The translations under genes and the position numbers were made by a program. Below are positions 28,817 through 47,189 of a DNA stretch of 64,000 nt, piece after piece. Source of the DNA: Lingula anatina. Its lineage: Eukaryota > Animalia > Brachiopoda. Within the stretch, counting starts at the first letter, position 1; every line of letters starts with the position of its first letter. Below the pieces are notes generated by a model. That model ran no database searches. It worked only from the letters and a program-made list of their open reading frames with translations, and was not told the DNA's origin. Location of the stretch: contig CM120640.1 in the NCBI GenBank assembly GCA_051362555.1, forward strand, positions 24,910,225 to 24,974,224, read 5' to 3'.

Positions 28817-31271
28817 GCTGAACTTTTTGTGAAAAACAAGACTGTACCATAATAAACTATTTCATTGAAAGAAAATAATTTTGTTTTTGTTGGTTGAAAT
28901 TAAATTACCCACCAGTTTTGGTTGATTTGCAAAAGAAGATTTAAATGGCTAATCGAAAAGAATGATATCCCAGACCCCACTCCAAGCAAGAAGTGTAAAT
29001 ATATGACGTTGCAGGTTCTGTGAAAATGATGATTCGAAAGAAAAAATGTAAATACACACCCCAACTAGTATTTCTTTGCCCCATGTCAGAGCTGTTAGCT
29101 GAATGGCAACCTTCAAACCATGCAAAAAAAAATTGGGGGTGGGGGTATTTTGATACTACCTCAACTATGAATACTGGATAGCTAATGTAAAAAATTTGTG
29201 TATGTGTCATATTATAAACACGAGCAAACCATGCAACAATCTAACTGACGCTGCCACTGCCATGGTCAACCATGCCTGAGAAACTTCATGACTTGACCAT
29301 TGTAACCCATTGTTCTATGGTTGCAGTAAAGAAGGAAACAAATGCATCCAAAATTTCTTGGCTTGTCTTTTTTTCTTGGACTTTAAGGAATCACACAAAA
29401 CCAATGAGGACTCTCATGACAGATTAAAAAAAAAAAAAGACTTGACTACCAGTAAATGTACAGATTTAATTCAAGCTTTCAATATACACTTGTGCCGTTT
29501 TTTATGGATGACACCAAACCAGTTTAAAAGTAACACCAGCATTGAGTTTAGAGAATGTGAGCAAAAATTCAAAATTTCAATACTTGAAAGAGATGTTTCT
29601 TACTCCCACTTATGTAACTGGGGGATATTTTGTTACAACAGAAACCCTTTTTGCTGTGCAGTGTTTCTTCACAAAATGATATTTTTTGCCCATATTGTGC
29701 TGAGAAGTGCCTCTGCCTAGTTCATAAAATTACATGCAAGCAAAAAAAAAAAAAAAAAAAACTAAATTGGATGTCTTTGTGGCCCAACCATACCATTAAT
29801 TAAAAGTGCTGACACTGCAGGTCAAAGAAAATAGAAACGGTTCATTTACATAGATTTTATTTACAGTTTCTACACTGTACATCTGAGCTTGCTGTACTCG
29901 ACCTAGGTCCAATATTTGCCCTGCATATAACATCATTCCAACATAGAAACATGAATAAAAAGTGCCAAGATTGGCACCATTTGAAACATAATTCAACACT
30001 GATGACTTGAATGAAAACATGGTAAAATAAATAAAGTTTTCCAGAAGAGGCATGAAATAAACTGCACTACTTTGTAAGACAAAAATCCATAAGAAGCTAT
30101 TAGATGAGCAACCTTTACATGGAGTTAACATAATGCAGCCTCACTGGGAGTAAACAGTCATTGGCAATTCCATATTGTAGCTGTTGTCACGTGGTCTAAA
30201 AAACCTGGTTTGTAGGGGCAATTGATCATAGTCACTGCAATATCAAAAAACACCATGTGTGAGGCAAACTTTTCCCATTACGTCCTTGGTATTACTTCAG
30301 ATATAGATAAATCAAGATTGAAGTATAGCTAGTCCCTCTCTGAATAAAATATTATTCAGTGACTTGTGGATTTATGAGGATACCAAGGAAGAAATGAGGA
30401 AATCAAAACTATTAGAGTTCAGTTTGTCACATTACTTTACCTTTAACAAGTTCTAATGTTGAAAAAAATACTGCATCAATACAGCTGTGCATATGTGTCA
30501 ATGCACTGAAAAATTTGACATTTTTTTAAATCAGTGCATGTACAATAAATCACACACAAAACCTTCAGCAGTGAGATGTTTCCTCTTTTGATGCTTCTTG
30601 AACAGTTGCTATAAGATTGCTGTTAAAAAAAAACTATAAGTCCATGAGAGGCTTCTGAGTCATCCCCTTGTCAAAATGTCTTATTAACAAGTTTGTAACA
30701 TGAACAGGCAGTGAGAGGTTTTCCAAAGCTCCTGTGGGAGCTAAAATGGCAATGCTGTATGTTATACAATAAACATTTTGAGGGAATGGCACCGCCATTC
30801 AAGTTCAAAAAAAATTCCTCCAATAGGCAAATCTTTTTTCTTTTTATGATGTTACCCTTGTGTAAATAAAGTATTCACAAGTGCTTGATGGAGTATGTTA
30901 GACGACTGCATTAATCCACATTCGCACCAGTGAATTTGTCAATGCTGCATGTTTAGCTGGTGCTTTTTTGTTGGAAGTATCTTCTTTGGTGAAGAGCATG
31001 CCATAGCTGAAAAATCTGGGCAACAGGACAATCATAGAAATCAGTCTACACACTGGTATACCCAGCTTTCTTTATGGAACTATGCTGCTTCAATGACTCT
31101 GCTCTGTATTGCACAAAGATTTGCACATAGTTGTGGCACAAGATCGCTGATGTTTACTATCATTCCAACAAAATACAAACTGAGAACATAAGTCACAACA
31201 TGACAGAGATGAACTATATGAAGTGTATTACGATGTAAAATGAGAATGAATTCAGTGCTTTTGTCCATCCT

Positions 31272-33358
<2,087 letters not shown>

Positions 33359-33420
33359 CTTGGAAGTTTACTCTGACGTCACGAATATGATACATGCGCA
33401 CTACGGTCAAATCAAGCAAG
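33359..33420. promoter_or_regulatory. 62 bp interval between the DDA1 and COPS2 start codons, with a CRE palindrome
   Basis: TGACGTCA at 33374-33381. Both start codons sit in CAAGATG contexts that resemble the YY1 motif. Confidence 0.7.
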
Positions 33421-37982
<4,562 letters not shown>

Positions 37983-39213
37983 GTACGACACACTAAAATT
38001 AACATGTTCTCCATTCATCACTGATGCAGTGGATTTTGAATAGGAACTGCTTTGCCTCGTGTGACTATCTTTTGTTCAAAGTGGGTGCTCAATACACGCT
38101 GGAACAAACAGTGAGCCATGAAGTAGATTTCCTATTGCTCATAATTTGATAACCCACTGAAGACGCTAGAATGACAGTATATGGACACACTATGCAAAGA
38201 AAAGATAGAGCAAACTGAAAAAAGAAATACCGTTAGTAAAAATAATGAATTTAACATTGTCAAAATAGTGTTGGCTGTTCAGTTTGTTCTCATCCAAGTG
38301 AACAGCAGTTACCTTGTTTTTAAAACCACCCCAACTTTGTGCATGCTTACTGATATAACATGCTGTTGGAAAGAAACACCATAAGCTTAAACTATTCTGT
38401 TAACTTTGTTGTAAACATTTTCATTGAAAGCCTGCAGTGAACTCTGGAGAATGCATTCTTCCTGTTCTGCATATGTTAATGTTATCTTGTTAAAGTACAT
38501 GATTTGGACAGATAAATATTAATAGAGGTTTTTGGATGACCCTGGGAATAGGAAGTGAACAGTATGCTCTCACTAAGTTTGAATTGAGAAAGAAGCTTCC
38601 TGGTCTTTCAGTTGAATTAATGCCATGTTTTGCATTAAAAAAAATTGACGTCAATGTTTACTAATATTCATGTAGTGGACTTTACATGGCGGTTTTGTAC
38701 AAAAAGCTGAAAGTAAATGATCATGCTATAATATCTTTAAGTTTCTTAAAATAATACTGAAAAAATTTAATAAGAAGAGTTGTTGTTATTACTTTTTTAC
38801 ATTAAAAAAAGAATGAGCATTTCTGAATCAGTGTTTTCCCATATATGCAGAGTGAAGTGTGACAAGGACTCATCAACAGTCAAGCTTCCACATAGTTTAG
38901 CTCATGGCACCTTGAGCGGAAGATGATTCTAAATAACATCTCAAACCTCTGACTGCCACCAGAGCTAATACAAGTCTAACTGTCCATCAGCTGTATGTCA
39001 TCAGAGCAATAAGACTATCCGTCTTTATCATGAATGTGTGCACAGTTTTTGCATATGCCAGCAAAGACTGATCAATTTACAGGGTATATATACATGGTAT
39101 AGACAGGTTTTTAAAGATTTTGAGAGGGTGAGATAAAATTAAAGGCTATGCATTATTGTGAATTGCCCCAAAGAAATTTAACATCAAATAATTTTTAGCG
39201 TAGCAGATTTTAA

Positions 39214-39589
39214 AGGGATAACAACTGTTCATTTTGGCCAAAAAATGAATTTTCCTAGGGTGAACAGCAATTTTCCCATACTTACCAATGGCTAATGAAT
39301 CCATTTCTACATTCAAAGTTAGTCCCTGTTTTTTTTTCTAAAAAGTGTTTCTTAAAAATTTTTTTAAATTGTTTTTATTTATTTATTTATTTTTATTTTG
39401 TAATAATCTCTTAAGAGATTATTACAGAGTATAGCCATCTATGGAGGTCATGTTGTCGGATGGCAAGCACAGATTTCATATTTATTGCTATAATTGCCGT
39501 TTTTGTGGTAAAATAGAGTATATTTCTATGAGTTGTTTACAATATATTTATTGTAAAATATAGATCTCACACAAAGAGTTGTTATCCCA
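39214..39589. mobile_element. TTAA-flanked MITE (Kolobok-like), copy 2
   Basis: ttaa|AGGGATAACAACT ... AGTTGTTATCCCA|ttaa. Interior is colinear with 19043-19379 (GGCCAAAAAATGAATTTTCC, CCCATACTTACCAATGG, CATTCAAAGTTAGTCCCTG). Confidence 0.88.
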
Positions 39590-41279
39590 TTAAATATTGC
39601 CATGAATCTTGAAGCATGGCACCAGATATTAAAAAAAAAAACATCTAAATGAGACTAACAGCTCATCAAGACCAGTTCTACAATTCTTTGTGAACACATC
39701 AATGATGTTTAGGTTGGGCTTTTTGAGTAGAGACCTGTTATATTGAACTCGAGTACCCTCCTCATAGATTAGACCCTTGCTCACAGATGTTAGAATGAAT
39801 ATTAGTACCGCATGCAGTATGACAGAGATTTGAAAATGAGAATCTAATTAAGGTATAAAACTACAGGAACTCTTGGTTATTGAGGAGGCATTTCTTTCAG
39901 ATTTTGAAAACAAGGCAGCAAAGCTGTCAAATGTTCAGACAAAAAACAGAAAATAAAGATGCAGAAAATAGGTCATTTTGTCAGTTTTGATGCAATACTA
40001 AATAATGCTGTCAATCAACACTGAATTTTAATCATGAACAACAGATAACATGGACAATAACAGGAGTGAACAGGAGAGATATTTTCTGACATTATTCCAA
40101 ATAATCTTTCTTGATCCATCCTCCATTTTTGATGGTCTTCCAACAGAAAAAAATAGATACCCGTCAATGTAAACATTAAAATCTGACCGTCTTCCAGAAG
40201 GCCCAGAAGACGGTCTCAATCTGCCCCTGCAATAAGATTACAGTTTCAGGACCACGAGAGTTCAAATTCAAATAATGAAAATCACAATTTCTGAAAAATG
40301 ATGACAGTGCAAAAAATAATATAACATAATGTTTAAAGACACAAATACCAATACAACTGCTTATGTGGAAATACAGAAAATGTGCAGAGGTTCAAATGGA
40401 TGGCAGTTAAAAGTCACATCTTGAAAATGCCAGTGTTTGAAAAAAAAATTCCAATAAAGCTGCTATTCAAACTTTCAATCTTGCTGTATTAACATGATAT
40501 GAATAACCCGATTGAGTTTGAGGATAGATAAGGCACTGTTATTCATCTATACCATTAATGTTGGCATTACACAAAATAATTTTTTTTAAAAACTTATTTG
40601 CAATATTAAACAATATTTACCTGCATAATTATCACTGCGTCCTTATAATGGACACTTTTCTGGCAGAGAACAACCTATGGGAGTTAGTCATTTAGAGATC
40701 ATCTCAGATTGGGTCTTTCAATCGAGAATGCTACATAAATCTTTATTAGGAAAATATCTAAGTCTTGCATCGTTGATTTAATGACTTAATTATTAACTAT
40801 AAATTTATAATATATTGATTCATTTAATGCTAAATTACAATCGCTTTGTGGCAAAATTGCAGACTTAGGCCTATTTTCACCCCAAAAAGATAAATTATAC
40901 GAGTCATTAATATTTTAATAAATTCCCCGTATGTTTCAGTTTTAATAAATAAACATCAAAATTATATTTTATACAAATAAAGCAACACACTGTGCTCACA
41001 GAAAAAAGAAAGAAACTTAGAATAAGACATTTTTTCATAAAAAACAAAACAATTAGTAAATAGAATATTATAGCATTTGTTTATGTAACAGCTCTGTTAA
41101 GATAACTATTTTCTATTATTATTTAAAAGCAGTTATGTATTAAACAAAGATAAAGAGCAAATATGTTTTACATGTAACTGGGTGGTCCTGATCCCTCCCC
41201 CTTCGGTTTCTGAAAAATATATCACACCAATATTCCCCTCTTGAAAAAAATTTCGACTAGCTGAATCATAGTTCTTAAC

Positions 41280-41433
41280 CATACCAAAGGGCACCGTTTG
41301 CCCTCAAAAACATCAAACTTTTTTCGGGGCCCTTGAACAGGCAATGAACCCCACGCCTAGGGGGCGATGATCGGCTTCGCGTTCGAGGTCTGTCGTTCCG
41401 GACCCCCCTTCTAATAATCCTGGATCCGCCCAT
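41280..41433. mobile_element. Probable terminal fragment of a GC-rich non-autonomous DNA element
   Basis: GC-rich patch ending AATCCTGGATCCGCCCATG, a terminus style I recall from invertebrate MITEs. No partner end found. Confidence 0.35.
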
Positions 41434-41465
41434 GAAACCCATCAATTTAGTAAATTTATCTTTAA

Positions 41466-43570
41466 AGGGATAATAACTCTTCGTATGAGATCTATATTTC
41501 ACAATAAAAACATTGTGAACAACTCATAAAAATACAATATATTCTGTTGTACCACAAAAACGGCAATTTTAGCTATAGGGACAGTCGGGCTGACGTCACA
41601 CGCCTTAGCAACCGGCATCTGGGGTAAAACAAATGGGGCAACATGGCGGATCGCATTGACTTCTATGTAAAAGTTGGCAGACTTTGTCCGAATATGTCAT
41701 ACTTCACAGTGACTGACCACTTGTGTCAGTAAGGATGAGTTATTTACCTGGTCGATTTCTTTTACAGGCCTTTGTAATTAGCCGCTGCACACCTGGTTAA
41801 GAGATAAAATCGGCCTTAACATAACTGCCGATCGTTATCTGTGATCGGGATGTTTACAGTAGAATATTTTGCAAAGGCAGTGCTTGACCTTTTGTGTCTA
41901 GCGGATTGAATCATTTACCTGGACTATTGAGTTAGCAGGCCTTTGTAATAAGCTACTGTTTAACTTGTTACGGGATAAAATTGGTCTTAACTGCATACGC
42001 AAATGTCCAGCCTAAGTATATAAATGTACATAAGTTGGTGATATAGGAATGGCTTCTTAGAACGTGGATCGTGAGAAAGGCCTGGAAAATGTGCAACACT
42101 GAGAAGTTATTTCTAAGTAAAGTAAATAAGATTTCTACAAATTGTGATTAAAGCACCTGCTGCTGCAGTAGCCAGGGGAACGGGATAGGGGCAATGTCAT
42201 CGGTCCCATATGGCCTCTTTGGTCCGGATACAGTACATGTATATTAATACAAGCCTGGAAGGACAGCATAAACAGTTGCTTGCTAACGTTTTGGAAGAAA
42301 AGACACGTGGTGTTACTTAATGTATAAATTTTTGCAGCTATGCGTCTTTGAGTGTTTACAATCTTATTGTGCACTTTTCTGGTACGAAAATTGGCGAAAT
42401 ATCATGGAAGACAGAATTAAAATTGAATTGAATAGCAAACACGGTAATAAAGCTGTATGTTATTTTACCAGTTAAGGTCGCTTTATTTATGGCAACTTTT
42501 TTTATATTTTACTTAAATGCTTAAAGATTTAGACATTAACTCACAGGTTTGCCAAAGTATTGACGTATATATTTTTTGTTATCTTTATAACGCCCTCAAT
42601 AAGGTTACCACAAAAGAGTCCGACGTTATAGTCCATTAATTTAAACTAAAAGAATTGATATACCGTCACACACGCAAACACAAGATGCAATCTCAATTTC
42701 TTGTAAATACTACTTATTAATTCATGTAACAAAGGACAAACATGAATTCCAAACAAGGTACAATGACTTTCTCCTTATCTATAATAAAATGAACTATACA
42801 CACATACACAATTCTCGTAGTGCAATGTATAGCTATGACCAAATTTTGTTTCGATCAACAATCCCGTCTTTAGTCACGTTTGCACGACCTATAGCCTGCA
42901 ACAGTCGTTTACTTTTCCGTTGATCTTTGAAATTTAACAATTCCCATAAAATTTTATTAATGTGTTGGTAGTGTCACCTGGTGCACAGCAAGCTTTCACC
43001 ATTTTACTTTTGTACGCGTGCCTGAGAGTTAAACGGTACCGGTTCAATTCAGTAAGCTTGAAAATCTACCCGTCATGTGTGTCAGCAATATGCAACGTCA
43101 ACAGATATTAGTACAATTGAAACCTTCCTTAATTTTATCAGTCCCATATGGTTTTCTTTTCAAAGAGATGTGAATAATATGCTCATCCAGGTAAGCAAAT
43201 GAGTCTTTAACTCTCTAACACTGTAAGATTCCCGATCACAGATAACGATCGGCAGTTAAGGCCGATTTTATCTCTTAACCAGGTGTTCAGCGGCTAATTA
43301 CAAAAGCCTGTAAAGGAAATCAACGAGGTAAATAACTCAACTTCACTGACACAAGTGGTCAGGAACTGTGAAGTATGATGTCTTCGGACAAAGCCTGCCA
43401 ACTTTTTCATAGAAGTCAATGCGATCCGCCATGTTGCCCGATTTGTTTTACCCCAGATGCCGGTTGCTAAGGTAAAGTGCCCGGATGACCGACTGTCCCT
43501 AAATTTCTATGAGTTATTCACAATGTTTTTATTGTGAAACATAGATCTCATACGAAGAGTTATTATCCCT
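41466..43570. mobile_element. Composite 2.1 kb element: two inverted right ends of the TTAA MITE enclosing a long-TIR element
   Basis: ttaa|AGGGATAATAACTCTTCGTATGAGATCTA ... TAGATCTCATACGAAGAGTTATTATCCCT|ttaa. Both ends match the right end of the 19043 and 39214 copies. Confidence 0.8.
41576..43501. mobile_element. Non-autonomous long-TIR element (about 285 bp TIRs, TAG...CTA termini, Academ-like)
   Basis: 41576 to about 41860 is the reverse complement of about 43220-43501 (TAGGGACAGTCGG / CCGACTGTCCCTA; CCTTAGCAACCGGCATCTGGGGTAAAACAAAT). A subterminal segment recurs near 41911-41992. No transposase ORF. The superfamily call rests on the termini only. Confidence 0.8.
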
Positions 43571-45027
43571 TTAAACAGGCTTCATATTTAAGTAGCAAAA
43601 TCACCTATTCTGCGCACATTGCACCATTGAAATCGAAAAGTAATTACGGTACATGTCCAATACTTAATTTCTCAGATCATTGGCCTTACCTCCATTTTCA
43701 GAGGGGGCACCACCTGTAACTTTCTGCCGTCTGTCCATGGTCTGGCCACCATATCCCACGATGTCCCCGCTTTGTTTTCTTGCTGCATATCTCTAGCAGG
43801 TATTGAACAGGTAGTCTACATGTAAGTATCGCTTTCATTAAATTCCATGCTGTAAAAATGAAAACTCCACGCCAGTCAGAAAAATATGCTTCGTATAAGC
43901 TGTGTAATTTCATGTTAAAGTTATTTCATCATTTTGGCTATCTACTTTTTTACTTCTCACCCCAACCCCTGAACCCGTTGAGGCACATTGTTTAACTCTA
44001 TCTTCAGCCAAAAGTATACTTTTTCATTTTAGTTATTAGAGACTCTTCATTAAATGGTTGTATGCTTTTTGTTAATCTTGTTTTAAATAAAAGGCCATTT
44101 GGGTAATTGTAGTAGATGTAGATATTCAAAACGTGACGTTTTTTTCTATAAGTTGACTTTTTACCATATGTAACCTCCGTGTACGTACATATGTGGCCCT
44201 GAGCAAACAATCTTCTTCTGGGGTTCGCCACCCCCTTACCATCTACAGACTGTTAATTTGGGTAATTAAACAATATAAAAGATCACAGGAGCTGAGGGAG
44301 GTAACTCCCTACCTCCCCCGCCCCCCAAACACACACGAAAGTTTTTTTAAACCACGCCAGTTCTGAACAGTGAAAAGGGGGACTATGGAGCCCTGCATGC
44401 CATATTCTTTCAAGCAAATATAAGAAGCAGTTAAAATATTTAAGCAAATGTAAAAAGTGACTAAAACATTAAATCACACCAAGTATATTATCCTTTCGTT
44501 ATCCTTTCTCCTTCGAAAATTAATGCTACCAAAAAACTGAACAACTCCACATAAATATTTATAGCTAAAATGTATTATCACTTTATCTTTATTATCATCA
44601 TCTGTGAAAAAAGAAATGAAATGAAAGTTACTTCAAAGTGCATTGTGGATCAGTGTATATTGTAAATAAGTGTTCCAGTGTAAACGGACAAGGTCGTCCA
44701 ATGATGTCCTGGGGCAGGTTTATAAACTTCAGGTTGACATCATGTCACCAAGATGCACGTACACTGTCAATAATAATTGGGGGAGAGGCATGCGTGGTTT
44801 CCCTCCAAAAACTATTATAGCCGTACATTGATTCTGCCCTCCGAGGTAAATGCGCGTTTTTTTTCTGTTTAAACAAAAAAGTTTAGGTATGAAACCGCTG
44901 AATGCATTTCAAACGTAGGTGTATATACAATGCAATAATGAAATTTGGGTCTCATTCTCATACGACACCCCCGCGTTGAAACTGACAGGATGCTGACGAC
45001 AGCAGCGCCCCTAGCCGACAATCCTTA

Positions 45028-45242
45028 GGGCACATTCCCATAGATTTTAGATCGATCTATCCCCGTGGGGAGTCTCACTAGAATACTGTCAGATAATCCG
45101 GCTTAAATTAAATTACCCCCTTACTACAAACTGTAAAGGGGTAATAAAATTTCGTGCCCGCTCGGCTGAGAGCTATTTAGCGTGAAACCCCAGGGAGTTA
45201 GGTCGATCTAGTTGGATCGAACTAACCTCTGGGAATGGGGTC
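45028..45242. mobile_element. Fold-back MITE with TTA TSD, related to the 15869-16649 element
   Basis: tta|GGGCACATTCCCATAGA..TAGATCGATCTA ... TAGGTCGATCTA..CTCTGGGAATGGGGTC|tta. Shares termini and the central AATTACCCCC with the 15869 element. Confidence 0.7.
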
Positions 45243-45859
45243 TTAGATTGGAAGTCTAAGAGCGGGCAATTGTGAAGCGGGATGGACATGTTGCGTTTCA
45301 CTCCAGAGGAGTACAAAGGACGCGAAGGATAGAGCATTTTCTTCAGGCAACGGCCTTCAAATCTCATGTGATCCTACGCCAATGCATCGCACCTGAGGAT
45401 AGTTTATTTACTAGCACAAAACATCGAATGTTGTGTCTTTTCCCCATGGTGTGGTTCTGTGAATTCGACCCTTCAATCCATGCGAACTCTTCGCTCTGGG
45501 AAATGTACATGTACAAATAACACTCAGCTCTTAGCCCGGACCTCGAATAACCGCCGCAGAAAAATTAATTGCAAATGGACTGAAATCCAAGCTACTGAAG
45601 ATGGGTAAGTGCCACCGTGTCATACTCTCTTTCCATTTCTGTCATATTCCTCTTACGCCTATGTTTCTAGGTCGTTCTTGGAAGTTGAATGTCCTTTGAG
45701 GCTAGAACCAAAACCTTCATATGCCCTATTTACCTGTAGGTCACGCTTGTTTGGTTGTCGTGTTTCTCTTCTAAGGCTGATGTGCATTTTCTCTCAAGTG
45801 TGATTGAGTGTTTTTCCCTGTTGTGTATTGTTTTTATTTACAGACACATGTATCTGTAC

Positions 45860-46440
45860 ATATAGCCTTCACCTGCGTCTGTCATCTCTGTTGTCACTGC
45901 CGTTGCCGTACACTTTCACCGATAACACGATAAGTGGAAAACCTTTTTACCTTTTGGCTTGAAACATACAGAACTGATGAATATTCATAATACACAGGTC
46001 AAATTCGAAAATCAGCATGATCGGGTCATTTTTATAAAAGTTATCCTGTTTTTTCACTTTTTTTTCCAGCATATATGCAACACCGATAACAAGATATGTG
46101 GAAAATTATTTTTACATTTGGATTGAAATTTACAGAACTGATGAATATTCATAGTACACAGGTCAAGTTAGAAAATTGGCATGATCAGACATTTATATAA
46201 AAGCTATTCTGTTTTTTTTTTTAATTTTTTCAGCATATATGCACCACCGATAACACATTTCAAGGAAAATCAATTGGCCAATTGTCTAGAAATTCACAGG
46301 AGTGATCAGTCTTACTGAAATACAGATTTAGTTTGAAAATAAGCTTGATTGGTTAAGTTTTGTTGAAGTTATGCCTTGTTTTTGTATATAAGTGTTTTTT
46401 CCTCAGATTTAATACTAAGGCATGTTAACAGTCTCATTTT
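45860..46440 (+). mobile_element. Helentron/HINE-like non-autonomous element with three 164 bp internal tandem repeats
   Basis: CACCGATAAC starts at 45917, 46081 and 46245 (period 164), preceded by a degenerate CGTCTGTC-type simple repeat. This layout is typical of mollusc Helitron-derived elements. Outer boundaries are approximate. Confidence 0.65.
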
Positions 46441-47189
46441 ATAAATAATTAGATATGTAAAGGTGTTCTTCTGACATTTTCTGCATCTTAACAATATTTT
46501 TAGTTGATTAAATAAAAATGATGGTAAACCTGTTATTGTGTATTGTGTAATAAAGTTTCAAAATGGAAATAAACTCATATCTTTTCAGTTTGTCAGATTA
46601 AATCATTCACTATGTTCAGAATCTCAGAATGGAGGAAATAGGACATATGAAATTATTCTATTGATATTGTCAACAATTTTCTTAGTTGATCGTTTAAAAA
46701 TGACAATAAATTGCTCATTTTGTTTTATGTAAAAAAAAGGTGTTGAAAATTGAAAGAAAATCATTTCAGTACAGTTATCTCTTTTTTTTTTTGGTTTTGG
46801 TAAGTTTTGGTATTTTGAAGGTGTGACTCTGAACTTCCATGACCTTGAAGACCTTTCCATGTCACATTTGTTGAATATCCATTATACTTTTATTTTATTA
46901 TTAAAACTTGATGGTCATTATGCTGTTAAGCATTATATAATATTGCATCAAAACTGAACACATCCCTATTTTGGGCACTGCCTCCACAGTGACCATCAAA
47001 GGAAAACCATGTCACTTTCACTTCTCCAACTTCTCCAACTCAAAAAAAGAAAAGTAGCATAGGACTTAATAGCTTCAGTTGTAAAACCTGTCTTACTCGT
47101 TAATCGTTCTGGAAATTATATAGTTTTAATCTCCTGATCGACTCCGTACAGAAATTGACTAGTTTTCGGATGAAGAATTCAAGTTGAGT

